Source: Picochlorum sp. SENEW3 (Eukaryota). Taken from it: DNA of 64,000 bases. The translations under genes were made by a program, and so were the position numbers. The notes beneath the pieces were generated by a model. It worked only from the letters and a program-made list of their open reading frames with translations. It made no database searches and was not told the origin of the DNA. The stretch covers positions 248,001 to 312,000 of the forward strand of contig CP120460.1 of NCBI GenBank assembly GCA_034226945.1, given 5' to 3'. Positions 31,688-43,592 of this stretch are shown piece by piece. Position 1 is the first letter of the stretch, and every line of letters begins with the position of its first letter.

Positions 31688-34615
31688 ATGGGTCTTGAGT
31701 GCCTAACGTTGTCGACAGTGCCGCCCAGCCTTTCTTCAAGGCCACAAAGAGAGACATGCCGGCAATTTCGTGCTCTCATATGCAAGGCCAATACTCCGAA
31801 AGATAAGAATGCAGCGATTAAAAATAATTCAACAAAGAAGGTTTTGAGGAAAAACCCAGCCATTTATAAAAAGCCGACGGGTTTAGAGGAGCATATTGTT
31901 CCCTCAGGGAGAACTTTGAAGAAACCAGAAGTTTTGGCCCCCACTGGAGGATGGCCCCAGTTGATGTCTGCATGTGAGAATGGTGCTGATGCAGTGTATT
32001 TTGGGGTCAGCAGTTTTAACGCGCGGGCACGGGCAGAGAATTTTGATCCGGATGAATTGCCAGCTGTCATGGAGTATTTGCATACTAGAGGCTTAAAAGG
32101 ATATCTGGTACTGAATGTGCTGATATTTGATGACGAACTTGCTGATATGGTTATTAATGCTCAGAAAGCAGCTGCGTCTGGTGTTGATGCTGTCATTGTG
32201 CAGGACTTGGGGGCGGTGGAGCTCATTAAAAAGGGTGCCCCTGGTCTACCGATTCATGGCTCAACGCAAATGACTGTGACCAGTGCTGAAGGCTTGAAAT
32301 TTGCATCAAATCTTGGTATGCATCGTGTTGTTGTAGGAAGAGAGCTATCTATTGAAGAAATCACAGAGATGTCTGATCAAACCTGGGATCGCAATGTAGA
32401 AATTGAAGCCTTTGTTCATGGAGCCATGTGTGTTTCCTACTCAGGGCAATGTTTTTCCTCAGAGGCGTGGGGTGGTAGGTCTGCGAATAGAGGCCAATGT
32501 GCGCAAGCATGTCGACTTCCGTATGGTTTGATTGTAGATGGTGAACTCAAAGATCTCGCTGATCAAAAATATCTCTTGAGTCCACAGGATTTGGCTGCAG
32601 CAGATCTAATGCCAGAGCTGATACGTGCTGGAATTGTATCATTAAAGATTGAAGGAAGGCTTAAGAGTCCAGAATATGTTGCAATAACTTGTCAAGTCTA
32701 CAGGGAGGCAGTTGATAAAGCGTGGCGTGCAATCCAAGATGGAAATACCGACGAAGAACTCAGACTTGTGGATGATGACATGTGGCATGATCTGCAAACA
32801 ACGTTTGCACGAGGACAAGATGCAACCCACTCCGGCTTGACTCATGGATTTCTGAAGGGACCAAAACACCAGACTCTCGTTCGAGGAAGAAATCCTCGAC
32901 ACAGAGGTGTATATGCAGGAGAAATCCTTGGGACGGATGCGGCAAAACAGAGATTTACATTGCATGTAAATACTCAACTGAAGCGAGGAGATGGACTTGT
33001 CATTGATCAAGGCATGCCTGAGTCAGATGAAGTAGGTGGGGCGATTTTTCGTATGTTTACTAAAAAGAGCAACATGTCAGTTGACATTGCACATCCTGGG
33101 GACACAGTGGACATTGTCTTGGGCCCATCTCCGGTTGATCTCTCAACCACACGCGCAGGTGATCTCGTGTGGAAAAATAAAGATCCAGCATTGATGTCTC
33201 GCTTGAGAGCATCATATACCTCAGTGTCATCTGGATCTCGGAGACGAAAGCCATTAAACGTTTCAGTCCTATTCCATGGCATTGGCAAGCCTTTAGAAAT
33301 CCAAATTAAAGATGGCGATTTGCAACACAGTGCATATACGCAGAATAGCGTAGAGAAAGCATCAAAGCGTCCAGTAACCCATGACATGATTGAAAAAGCA
33401 ATTGGAGTCCATCTTGGAGACGAAGGTTCATTTGTCATGGAGACATGCCAGTGTCTTCATTTTGATGATGATGACATCTTCATCAGCATGAAGGATATCA
33501 AAGATGCCAGACGCAGAGCACTGGCCCCATTCCTTCTGCACGCCACCAATACCATGCCAGATGTATCACAGTTTCCAGATGCTCATCAGCTTGTGGAATA
33601 CGAACGCGAGCAAATTGCATCAAAGGACATGGCAGCAGTTCATAATGGCATGAAGAGCCCACGTTTACGTATCTTGTGTAGAACACCGGCCCAAGTAAAT
33701 GCAGCTCTTGAGGTAGACTGGCTAGAGGAAGTGATCCTGGACTTTCTTGAAGTCAAGGGCTTGCAGCAGAGTTGCAAGAAAGTGAAGCATGCTGGAAAGA
33801 GGGTTATTGTGGCAACACCTCGAATCATGAAGCCAGAAGAAAAGTATTTATGGATTTTCTACGTTACATTAGGCGCCGACGCACTATTAATCAGGAGCGC
33901 TGGTCTATTGCACCATTTCATGACTCTTGGAGGACCAGGGGCACAGGTACCAGATGCCAACAATGCTCCAATACCAGCACTGGAGGGCGACTTCAGCCTG
34001 AATGCCACAAACATCATCACTGCAGATCTATTACTCAACTCTGGTTTGGAATCATTAGCATTGACATATGACTGCAACTCGGCACAAATTTCTGGTATCC
34101 TAGAAGGCATGCAGAATCGCAGCCAGCAGATGGAAATCATTCTTCATTCCAATCTCCCAATTTTCCATACAGAGCACTGCATATTTGCCCGCTATCTCTC
34201 GGATGGAAATAGTTACAAAGATTGCGGAAGGCCCTGTGAGCATCATACAATTCATATCAGAGACCCAACATCAGGAAGAGACCATCTTGTGGAGGCAGAC
34301 ATGGGATGTCGAAATACAGTTTTCGAGGGCTCTGCTCAATCTGGACTGAACTACATTCAAGACTTTTCCCGGCATGGTGCAGGGATATATAGGATAGAGC
34401 TCGTCGACCAGCCACCCCATATCGTCAAAAGTGTTCTTCAGGGGTACAAGGATATCTTGTCCAAACCAGGAGGACACCACACATTCACAGATTGGATCCA
34501 TACAATACCTGATGCCAATGGAAGATGCAACGGCGCATCCTCAGGATCTTTTGAAGTGAAGAAAGAACAGTCAAAGGATTCCATGAAAAAGACTGCAGCC
34601 TCCCAGAGAACATAA
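31688..34615 (+). CDS. Peptidase-U32 family protein, long RlhA/YdcP-like form (RNA hydroxylase), organelle-targeted
   Basis: PEVLAP, GADAVYFG, EAFVHGAMCVSYSGQC...SANRGQCAQACRLPY, SLKIEGRLK, second degenerate U32 domain. Confidence 0.88.
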   Translation: MGLECLTLSTVPPSLSSRPQRETCRQFRALICKANTPKDKNAAIKNNSTKKVLRKNPAIYKKPTGLEEHIVPSGRTLKKPEVLAPTGGWPQLMSACENGADAVYFGVSSFNARARAENFDPDELPAVMEYLHTRGLKGYLVLNVLIFDDELADMVINAQKAAASGVDAVIVQDLGAVELIKKGAPGLPIHGSTQMTVTSAEGLKFASNLGMHRVVVGRELSIEEITEMSDQTWDRNVEIEAFVHGAMCVSYSGQCFSSEAWGGRSANRGQCAQACRLPYGLIVDGELKDLADQKYLLSPQDLAAADLMPELIRAGIVSLKIEGRLKSPEYVAITCQVYREAVDKAWRAIQDGNTDEELRLVDDDMWHDLQTTFARGQDATHSGLTHGFLKGPKHQTLVRGRNPRHRGVYAGEILGTDAAKQRFTLHVNTQLKRGDGLVIDQGMPESDEVGGAIFRMFTKKSNMSVDIAHPGDTVDIVLGPSPVDLSTTRAGDLVWKNKDPALMSRLRASYTSVSSGSRRRKPLNVSVLFHGIGKPLEIQIKDGDLQHSAYTQNSVEKASKRPVTHDMIEKAIGVHLGDEGSFVMETCQCLHFDDDDIFISMKDIKDARRRALAPFLLHATNTMPDVSQFPDAHQLVEYEREQIASKDMAAVHNGMKSPRLRILCRTPAQVNAALEVDWLEEVILDFLEVKGLQQSCKKVKHAGKRVIVATPRIMKPEEKYLWIFYVTLGADALLIRSAGLLHHFMTLGGPGAQVPDANNAPIPALEGDFSLNATNIITADLLLNSGLESLALTYDCNSAQISGILEGMQNRSQQMEIILHSNLPIFHTEHCIFARYLSDGNSYKDCGRPCEHHTIHIRDPTSGRDHLVEADMGCRNTVFEGSAQSGLNYIQDFSRHGAGIYRIELVDQPPHIVKSVLQGYKDILSKPGGHHTFTDWIHTIPDANGRCNGASSGSFEVKKEQSKDSMKKTAASQRT

Positions 34616-34621
34616 TAGACA

Positions 34622-35010
34622 TCACTTGTATCCATACTTTTTCTTGTCATAATGCATATCAACTCGAGCACTTCCAAGATTGATAATCTTCGGGCACCCA
34701 TCCCTATCCTTCTCCAAACTCGTACACTCTTTACAGTAGTATGCGTCAGCCACCCCTATGTTCCCACACACGACGCATCGACCAGCATACGAGCCATAGT
34801 TACACTCGTCACAAATCCTCACCAGCGTCGCAGGTTTGACAAAACTATCACAAATAACGCAGCGGCCATCACCTGAATATATAGAGAAATATTAATGCCA
34901 TGTCACACACATGCATACTCAAACGAACACGTACAACGCTCGCATAAGCGACCAATAGCAATGCCAGGCTGCTTTCGACACATGATCAAGTCTTGGTGAT
35001 GTTTCGCCAT
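34622..35010 (-). CDS. PHF5A: Splicing factor PHF5A/Rds3; intron 34873-34934
   Basis: [35 protein letters not shown]...[10 protein letters not shown]...[21 protein letters not shown]. Confidence 0.96.
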
Positions 35011-35091
35011 TGCAGTTCCTCTTCTGTCAACTACAATAAATTATACATGTACTTATAAAATTATTTAATGCCACAGGCACGGTAATTCGGT

Positions 35092-36216
35092 TCAACATGC
35101 GTCTTCCGACTGCATCTGCATCTCACAGATCTGCCTGCAGATCTGCACTGCCATGAATTCAAAGGTATACACGTGCAAGTCTTTCACAGATATCTGTATT
35201 TCAGTGTCATCATCACGCCCCTCTTCTTGAAGAATCCTTCCTGCCGATACATGGGCAACCCCAGAGTCTTGATACCCCCGGAGATCAAGAGTATGCCGAG
35301 TCACAGGGTGCTTGTCAGCACCCTGCAGTATGTTTAGTTTCTGAAGTTTGTTGACCAGGTGATGTGCTACATTGTCTTCCGTTGCTTTATACATCTGATC
35401 AAACGTCACATAGCCACTAAAAACTTGAGTACCAATTCCTGGCGAGCTTTTCCGGTGCCCAGATGACTCCATCTGGTGCCTGCTGCTGACACCCCATGAA
35501 TGCTGGACATCAGCTCCAAGCACGCATGCAAAGCACATATCTCTACCAAAGACGATACTTGAATCCAATGTATCTTCAAGATTTAAAAACACTATATCTG
35601 GGTATGCACTGGATTCTCTAAAGACTGCCTCTGTTGGCAGAACAAAATGCGCAGTTGTTGTTCTTGACACCTCTCCAGAGGGACAAGACAACATTGTTCC
35701 GGAGGGCTCAGTATCAGAGCATTTCATCACTGATTGGATACGTGAGTCGAGATGTTTCACAGTATCAACCAAAGCAGAGAATCGAAATGTCGTGTGCATG
35801 ATGATGTACATCATGACTGACGCCTTCCAATCAATCACATCATCTGCGTTTGAAAACTCATCCAACAACGCCGATGGATCCTTCTTCCGCCGCCGAGTCA
35901 TAACCCTTTTCCTTCTTGTATCGAGTAAAAAGACCAAATCATCCTTCTGTACCGCACTGCTATGCAATGCCGTCGGCATTTCAAACACCAGTATTTTGAA
36001 AGCAGTCTGCCACTGTGTCTCAGGCCAGGGTTCCGAGACACAAGACGCCTGGGATGCATCTACAGTGATATCTGGCTCTAAATGTATCATCATAATCTGC
36101 CGTGAGACCTCTGCAAGCGTCGCATACCAAAGGTCACTCTTGGGGACGCTCTCGTCGTGCTTTTTCTCCTCCTCTAAAGGAGAATTCTCCCGACATGACA
36201 ATGCTCGCGATTCCAT
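35092..36216 (-). CDS. Divergent DUF2045/KIAA0930-like protein
   Basis: IDWKASVMMYIIMH, YPDIVF, FSGYVTFDQM, LRG..SGVAHVS resemble DUF2045 blocks. Confidence 0.55.
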   Translation of the reverse strand: MESRALSCRENSPLEEEKKHDESVPKSDLWYATLAEVSRQIMMIHLEPDITVDASQASCVSEPWPETQWQTAFKILVFEMPTALHSSAVQKDDLVFLLDTRRKRVMTRRRKKDPSALLDEFSNADDVIDWKASVMMYIIMHTTFRFSALVDTVKHLDSRIQSVMKCSDTEPSGTMLSCPSGEVSRTTTAHFVLPTEAVFRESSAYPDIVFLNLEDTLDSSIVFGRDMCFACVLGADVQHSWGVSSRHQMESSGHRKSSPGIGTQVFSGYVTFDQMYKATEDNVAHHLVNKLQKLNILQGADKHPVTRHTLDLRGYQDSGVAHVSAGRILQEEGRDDDTEIQISVKDLHVYTFEFMAVQICRQICEMQMQSEDAC

Positions 36217-36621
36217 TGCTCAATACCATGATGGGGCGGTATCAAGGTGAATATTTTGATATTTATGAACAATGTTGCACCTCGGAGGTACTGGAAATCA
36301 CATGGAGACGCCTCTCCCTATACCCATCCATGCGAGAAAGAAACCCCAGATTTAGGCTGAAACCATAACTAAATGATTAAAAAAAGATTCATGGCTTCTC
36401 CGAGAGTCATAGTAGACGCATGTCCACGCACATTGTCCATATCCATATCAAAATAGTTGATTGGAGTTCTGTATTCACCCATCGGAAAAGCATCCATGCT
36501 TTTTGTCTTCTGCTGAAGGACAAGCTGGTCTATGGTTGCTCCAATACGCTGTAATACTCTCGTATATTCATTCATTGCATCAGCTTTTCATAGTAATAAA
36601 ACGAGTAAAGGATTTAGGGCC

Positions 36622-39600
36622 ATGAGACAGATCAATGCGAGGAGATCAATGGCAAGCGTGAGTAAAACACACGTGTGGTCTTCTTTCGGCCGTCGAAGAC
36701 CAGTTCTGCCTGCCACCTTTGATGGGCACCTTGCAGCTCTACGGAAATCACCACATCCTGTAAAATGTGGTTCATGTGTGGTTCGAGCAGGTGCGTGGTT
36801 GTTGTTTTCTTGCGAGCCTGTGTGGTGGTGCTCAAGAACCAAAGAGAGAGTGTGTGTGTTGCAGTGTCTTCATCGTCGTCAGCTGAGGGTGCTGTTCAGG
36901 TGGAGTTGCCCAAGAACTTTGATCCAATGGAGTCAGAGCAGAGATTGTACGACTGGTGGGAAGCGCATGGGTATTTCCGACCAAATGAAGAGGCAGTGGG
37001 TGAGCCATTTACTATATCAATGCCACCTCCTAATGTGACAGGGAAGCTTCATATGGGGCATGCCATGTTTGTGACGTTGCAAGATATCATGGTGAGGTAT
37101 CAGAGGATGCGTGGTCGACCGACGTTTTGGGTTCCTGGAACGGATCATGCTGGGATTGCCACGCAGATGGTTGTTGAGAGGATGTTGAGTGAGCAGGGGA
37201 CGAGTCGACGGGAGATGGGTCGCGAGGCGTTTGAAGAAAAGGTGTGGGAGTGGAAGAATCAGTATGGTGGGTATATTACGCAGCAGTTGAGGAGGTTGGG
37301 GGCCTCGTGTGACTGGAGTAAGGAGCGCTTTACGTTGGATGATGGTCTTTGTGGTGCGTGGTGTTTTTTTTACTTACGTCGTTGCATCAGCAACTGCCTG
37401 AGAACCTTGCTGACAATTTTATAATATTTCATGATATATGGTGTAGATGCTGTTGCGGAGGCGTTTGTGAACCTGCATGAGAAGGGGCTTGTGTATAAAG
37501 GGTCTTATTTAGTGAATTGGGCACCTGGGTTGCAGACTGCTGTGTCAGACCTTGAGGTCGAGTATTCTGAGGAGAATGGAACGCTGTATTACTTCAAATA
37601 TCCAATTGATGGATCTGATGAAACTGTGCCAATTGCAACGACGCGTCCAGAGACGATTTTGGGTGATACAGCATTGGCAGTGCATCCAGAGGATGCTCGG
37701 TTTGCCCACTTGATTGGAAAGCGGGCAGTGGTACCGTTGTCTGGTGGTCGAACAATCCCAATCATAGCTGATACATATGTAGATATGGAGTTTGGTACTG
37801 GTGCATTGAAGATTACTCCAGGGCATGATATTAATGATTATGAGTTGGGGAAGAGGCATGATTTGGAGATTATCAATATCATGAATAATGATGGTACTCT
37901 CAACGCTGCTGCTGGGAAGTATGAAAACATGGATAGATTTGAAGTGAGGAAAGCATTCTGGAAGGACCTTAAAGCAGAGGGTCTCACAGAGAAGGAAGAG
38001 CCGCATGTTCAAAGGGTACCACGGTCGCAGAGAGGAGGAGAGGTTGTGGAGCCCTTGGTTCGAGAGCAGTGGTTTGTCAAGATGGAAGGGCTTGCTAAGC
38101 CAGCTTTGAAGGCTGTAGAAACTGGCGAGACAAAAATCATCCCAGAACGATTCGAAAAAATTTACAGAATGTGGCTTGAAGATATCAAGGACTGGTGTGT
38201 CTCGCGACAGCTCTGGTGGGGACATCGTATTCCTGTGTGGTACGTCTTCGATAGCGAAGAGTCCGCTGAAGCATCTCAAGGAATCTCTGATAGATACATA
38301 GTGGCGAGAAATGAGAGTGATGCAAAGGCCAAGGCTGTACAAGAGTATGGCGATGGTGTAGTTTTGAGACAAGAAGTAGATGTTTTAGATACATGGTTCT
38401 CATCAGCATTGTGGCCATTTAGTACGCTAGGATGGCCTGATGAAGCGTCACATGATCTGATGAAATACTACCCGACATCTGTGATGGAAACAGGGCATGA
38501 TATTCTCTTCTTCTGGGTTGCTAGAATGATGATGATGGGAATAGAGTTCACAGGCAAAGCACCATTCCATACGATTTATTTGCACGGGCTTGTTAGGGAT
38601 GAGAAAGGACGTAAAATGTCAAAGTCCTTGGGAAACGTCGTCGATCCCGTGGAAACGATCGAAAAGTATGGGGCTGATGCACTCAGATACACTCTTGCTA
38701 CAGGGACATCTCCAGGACAAGATTTGAATTTGTCCTTGGATCGCGTGAATGGATCTAGAAACTTCACCAATAAGATTTGGAATGTAGCCAAATTTGTTCT
38801 GTTTGCGTTGGAGCAGGCGAATATTGGGGTGGGCAGCCAGGAATGGACTGACCTATCACATGCGTCATTTGAGACGGAGCAATGCTTGCAAGGCATGGAT
38901 TTGCCTGAACGTTGGATTATTTCTCGCATGCACGAGACTGTGATCCAGAGCACAAAAGCTCATGAGAAGCTCGATCTGGGTGAGGCCGGCAGGATTCTGT
39001 ACGAATTCATCTGGTCTGACTTTGCTGATTGGTATGTTGAAACAGCAAAATCACGGCTTTATGGAGTTGATCCAGCAGCAGCAAACACAGCTCGCCAGGT
39101 TCTTGTGTATATCCTGCAAAATATATTAAAAATGACGCATCCATATATGCCATTCATTAGCGAAGAAATCTGGAGCGCTATTCCACAGAATGAAGGTGCT
39201 CTGATTGCATCTTCATGGCCATCCACCCAAGGTTACATTGACTCTGAAGCCCTTGACTCCTTTTCTGCTTTCCAATCAACAATCAGATCTGTTAGAAATG
39301 CCCGTGCTGAGTACGAAGTTGAGCCCGGGAAGAAGATTGAAGCATCAATCGTGACAAGTTCACCTGAGCTTTGCACATACTTTACTCAGGAGAAGAAGTC
39401 TCTAGCTTTATTAGCCAAACTTGACAGCGATAAATTAATCATAGCGGAAGGAGTAGTGACGAAGGAAAGTCATACAGATTCGAAACAGATCGAACTTGTC
39501 GTGAAGGAAGGTTTGGAAATCATTTTGCCTCTTGCTGGACTATTTGACCCAGCAAAAGAAGTCGACAGGCTTCAAAAGCAAGCAGACAAAATCTCCAAGG

Positions 39601-39755
39601 AATTAGAAGGATTAGAGAAGAGATTATCAAATAAGAGTTTCGTTGACAAAGCGCCTGAGCACGTGGTTGCTGACGTACAAGCATCTGCAAAAGAACTTTC
39701 AGACCAGCTTGCCGTCATCAATGAAAAAATTGAAAATTTCAGAAATTTGTCTTGA
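36622..39755 (+). CDS. valS: Valyl-tRNA synthetase, organellar (introns 36791-36864, 37354-37446)
   Basis: [55 protein letters not shown]-terminal coiled coil; both introns phase-consistent. Confidence 0.96.
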
Positions 39756-39781
39756 ATTCACAACGTGAAACATTAATTAAT

Positions 39782-41233
39782 TCAAAGGTCTAAAACGTTG
39801 ATAACTGTGTTCACATCTTTATCGCCTCTTCCACTGCAGTTGAGCACAATACGAGTTCCTGGTGCCACTGTTGGGCAGAGTTTATCCAGATATGCCAAGG
39901 CATGAGATGTCTCCAAGGCTGGGATAATCCCTTCCAACCTTGACAACTGCTGAAACGCATCAAGAGCTTCAGTATCAGTCACAGAGTGATACTCTGCACG
40001 TCCAATATCCCTCAAGAAAGAATGCTCTGGTCCTACTCCTGGATAATCCAACCCAGCAGAGATGGAATGAGGATCCACAACCTGCCCCTCATCATCCTGA
40101 ATCAAATACGAATAGGATCCATGCAATACCCCAGGCTTTCCCTTGGTCAACGTAGCAGCATGCTTTGGTGTATTCACACCCTCTCCTCCTGCCTCTACTC
40201 CGATAATACGCACATCCTTGTCATCAATAAATTCATCAAACAACCCCATGGCATTGGAGCCCCCACCAACACAGGCCACAAGAACATCTGGCTTTCCTCC
40301 CCACTTCTCCATCGCCTGCTGACGAGTCTCCTTTCCAATACACGCATGGAAATCACGCACCATCATGGGATACGGATGAGGACCAGCAACTGAACCCAGA
40401 ATATAATGCGTGGTCTCCACATTCGTGACCCAGTCACGAATAGCCTCAGATGTTGCATCCTTCAATGTTGCTGTTCCAGCATGAACAGGTCTGACCTCAG
40501 CCCCCAACAATCTCATACGAAACACGTTCAGTGACTGCCTCTCCATATCTTTAGCTCCCATGTAAATAATGCACTCCAACCCTTCCCTGGCACACACAGT
40601 TGCTGTCGCCACACCATGCTGACCAGCTCCAGTCTCTGCAATAATCCTCTTTTTCCCCATCCTCTTACACAAGAGTGCCTGTCCCAAAGAGTTGTTGATC
40701 TTATGAGCCCCAGTATGGTTCAAATCCTCCCTCTTCAAGTAAATCTCTGGACGAGTTCCATCTGCCCTCTTGTAATGCTCTGACAAATTTTCGGCATGAT
40801 ACAATGGCGACGCACGACCAACATAGTCCTTCAACACCGCATCCAACTCGGCCTGCACACACACAATCAGTCGATGACTTGTATTTGTCATCTCTTGGAT
40901 CCATGCACATGGACAACAACATACCTTGAACTCCTCATCGGCCATAGCATCCGCGTACGCCTTTTCCAGGTCCTCGAGAGCAGCAATAAGAGTTTCTGGG
41001 ACATATTTACCACCGAATTTACCATAACGACCGGAAGCGTCTGGTCTACTTGGCATCTTATCGGTAGCTGCTGCCGCAGCAGAAACCATTCGATTGGCAT
41101 CCATTCGTACTACCAATGGATGAATTCTATCAACACGGTTCACAAATTGTGGTCTGGATGTATGAGAAGACCTCGCGTGAGAAATGTGCAACGTCGCAGC
41201 TGCTTGCTGAGAACTCAAAAGATGAGCAGTCAT
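39782..41233 (-). CDS. trpB: Tryptophan synthase beta chain, plastid (in-frame intron 40853-40924)
   Basis: [69 protein letters not shown]. Confidence 0.97.
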   Translation of the reverse strand: MTAHLLSSQQAAATLHISHARSSHTSRPQFVNRVDRIHPLVVRMDANRMVSAAAAATDKMPSRPDASGRYGKFGGKYVPETLIAALEDLEKAYADAMADEEFKVCCCPCAWIQEMTNTSHRLIVCVQAELDAVLKDYVGRASPLYHAENLSEHYKRADGTRPEIYLKREDLNHTGAHKINNSLGQALLCKRMGKKRIIAETGAGQHGVATATVCAREGLECIIYMGAKDMERQSLNVFRMRLLGAEVRPVHAGTATLKDATSEAIRDWVTNVETTHYILGSVAGPHPYPMMVRDFHACIGKETRQQAMEKWGGKPDVLVACVGGGSNAMGLFDEFIDDKDVRIIGVEAGGEGVNTPKHAATLTKGKPGVLHGSYSYLIQDDEGQVVDPHSISAGLDYPGVGPEHSFLRDIGRAEYHSVTDTEALDAFQQLSRLEGIIPALETSHALAYLDKLCPTVAPGTRIVLNCSGRGDKDVNTVINVLDL

Positions 41234-41484
41234 TTCTGGCAATGCAGAACTACTACAGGTATATTTATATTAAAAATGAATTAATACACGTATTTAATGG
41301 CCATGCGGGTGATATTGTAAAGATTTTGGTCCCAAGACATGGCTACCCATCATCTGCTGATGATCTGAGGCTGAGAGGCTTTCGAAAGAGAATTCTCTCA
41401 TGTCTCTGCTTGATACCTACGACAGCCTATATACTGATGGCATCCTGAAGATACTAATAATAATCCTCCTCCTCCTTCTTCTCC

Positions 41485-42642
41485 TCAGCTGACTGAATAA
41501 ATAACGATTGGTTTCCCTCGAGTTCGACAGACTGGGCACATGGTCCGTGCAGAACCTCGTGTACTACACCCGGGACACACACATAAATGACCACATCCAG
41601 CATAGGCCAATGTACACCGTTTATCAAGACAGATGACACAAACTCCTGCCATTGATGTATCATCTTCCGCTCCTGATGATGTGGCATCTTCTTCATCATG
41701 TTGTGACAAGTTCTGCTCCGCAGCATGTGCTCTCTTCTTCTTCTTCAGTGCCTCCCTGAATCTCTTCACAAACGCTCGCTCATGCAACATTTTTCTACAC
41801 CGTCTATAACACGTTACCAACAACATTGTTGAACCCGCCGCGATGAAATACAAAGAGGCCGTACGGGTAGACGCAGCCGCTCCTCTATACACATCAATAA
41901 TATCTGGAAAAGATGATGATGATAGAATAAACATCTTCTTATTCCTGCTCGGCGCCTTCAGTGCAATCATATTCCCATCTCCTCCTCGTATCGCTCCTTC
42001 GAAATACTTTGGATGATCCACCACACGACAGAGCTCCCCCACAGCAGTCACAAGCTGCCCCGTCGGCAACACCCGTTCAACCTGCCTTGTACCCAAAGAC
42101 CGATGACCACTCACATGAGCCACAACATGCTGCATAATCGATTCCTCCACAGGATGAAATATCTCCCCAGATTTGACAAAATAACTTCCACGAGCATGCG
42201 ATCCATCCAACACGGGAACCATGACCAAATCCTCTGCCATGGCGCCATGCCCACCCTGCTGCTGCCCAAAGACGGCATCAGCCGGTTGAACTATTGCCCA
42301 GGGTTTCTCCCGTACCACCGTCCGAAGAGGTTCTGTACCTGACAACCATACATCAGATGCCCGAGACTCTGTCTTTTTTTCCTCCCGAAGCTCCACAATG
42401 GCCCCTTGTTGGTCTGAGAGAGCACAGGGTACAGGCTCTTTGCACCAAACCCTGCCAGTGATTGCGACGAGAAGGGGTACCAGCGGTATCAGTTGTTCTA
42501 TATCTTTAAAACTAGAGATGGGTGTGACGTGAGTCTCCAACTCACGCACCGTGTGTCGTTTCGACACTGCCATGTGGTACAGCAGAGAGCCAATTCCAAC
42601 CAGCGAGGCCCCCGCCGTGGTTAAAAACGCATCCAACCCCAT
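41485..42642 (-). CDS. SP1/MUL1-type organellar E3 ligase (TM-GIDE-TM-RING)
   Basis: Two TM helices flanking ERVLPTGQLVTAVGE; C-terminal CVIC..CGHLCVCPGC..CPVCR. Confidence 0.88.
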   Translation of the reverse strand: MGLDAFLTTAGASLVGIGSLLYHMAVSKRHTVRELETHVTPISSFKDIEQLIPLVPLLVAITGRVWCKEPVPCALSDQQGAIVELREEKKTESRASDVWLSGTEPLRTVVREKPWAIVQPADAVFGQQQGGHGAMAEDLVMVPVLDGSHARGSYFVKSGEIFHPVEESIMQHVVAHVSGHRSLGTRQVERVLPTGQLVTAVGELCRVVDHPKYFEGAIRGGDGNMIALKAPSRNKKMFILSSSSFPDIIDVYRGAAASTRTASLYFIAAGSTMLLVTCYRRCRKMLHERAFVKRFREALKKKKRAHAAEQNLSQHDEEDATSSGAEDDTSMAGVCVICLDKRCTLAYAGCGHLCVCPGCSTRGSARTMCPVCRTRGKPIVIYSVS

Positions 42643-42692
42643 CCATATACTTTTATTACCTGTAAGTAAATTACATAATAAAAAATAGATAC

Positions 42693-43592
42693 CTATTCCA
42701 CAATCTCCTCGTCAATCTTTGGGGCCAGATAAAACGAGAGAGAAATCCCCTGCTTGGGATCTGTATACCGTACTTTTAAAGGAAATTCCCCACACATTTC
42801 CAATACCACATCCTCGGATATATCGCTTGCTTTCGTGAATTCTACAAGAAACCGTGTGGAGAAGGATAGCGTAAGGGAAGCATCAACCAACGGACCATGC
42901 CGTTCTACGTTGACAGTGCTACCAGCAAACACCTGTCGCCCTCCCAGCTCTTGTGAATAGGTTGAACTAAACGACACCCCACGCCTCCGATCAGAGAGAT
43001 TATGAACTGCGATATCAATTGTCTCGGATACGTCGCAGAAATTTTCGCACAATTTCCGAAACACCTCACTCTCGAGCGTGATTTCATACCTCGTACTCCC
43101 AGGAGGGTACTGAGGTATGCCTACTGTTTCTTCATGCACCTGCACGCACTTCATTTCAAATTCTCGCACTGTATCCGTTCTACTCCTATCCATGGTACTA
43201 ATATGAACATATGGATCCCCTTGATTGTATGACAGGCGGCATTCGTCCTCCTCATGAGCAAAGTTGAGCACCTTGGCAAGGTAGTTCAAGTTCACCCCAA
43301 GATGGACCTCACGCCCCATCTTGCGCCAATCAATACGAAAATGATCAAAACTAGGATATTGAAGAGCAAGAGAAACCAAGGACACATGGCTACAATCCAT
43401 AATCTCCATCGTCACCCTCTCTGGCTGTTTTGAAACCACCAGGTTGGCCTCTGTAACCAAGTATTGCACAGACTCCACCACCTGCGCATCGCGAATGTCA
43501 TCAATAGGAGGATATAGTAATTCATATTCATTTTTTAGCACCATGATGGCGATGATGGTGATAGGAATACCATTTTTTAGTGTTAGATGCAT
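42693..43592 (-). CDS. Divergent PCNA-like sliding clamp (probable in-frame intron 43482-43541)
   Basis: MDCSHVSLVSL, FDHFR, LGVNL..LAKVL, FEMK, FTKA, LSFYLAPKI match PCNA blocks; alternative ATG at 43652. Confidence 0.85.
   Translation of the reverse strand: MHLTLKNGIPITIIAIMVLKNEYELLYPPIDDIRDAQVVESVQYLVTEANLVVSKQPERVTMEIMDCSHVSLVSLALQYPSFDHFRIDWRKMGREVHLGVNLNYLAKVLNFAHEEDECRLSYNQGDPYVHISTMDRSRTDTVREFEMKCVQVHEETVGIPQYPPGSTRYEITLESEVFRKLCENFCDVSETIDIAVHNLSDRRRGVSFSSTYSQELGGRQVFAGSTVNVERHGPLVDASLTLSFSTRFLVEFTKASDISEDVVLEMCGEFPLKVRYTDPKQGISLSFYLAPKIDEEIVE

Noticed and set aside
36369..36575. 68-aa minus-strand ORF as possible upstream exon of the DUF2045-like gene
   Set aside because: The donor/acceptor combinations I tried hit in-frame stops; no motif support
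37545..38953. Long antisense ORFs opposite ValRS and other genes
   Set aside because: Shadow ORFs of well-supported genes with no motifs of their own
40853..40924. Apparent Cys-rich insertion (VCCCPCAW...) in TrpB
   Set aside because: It is a 72-nt stop-free GTATGT..TGCAG intron; removal restores EEFK|AELD
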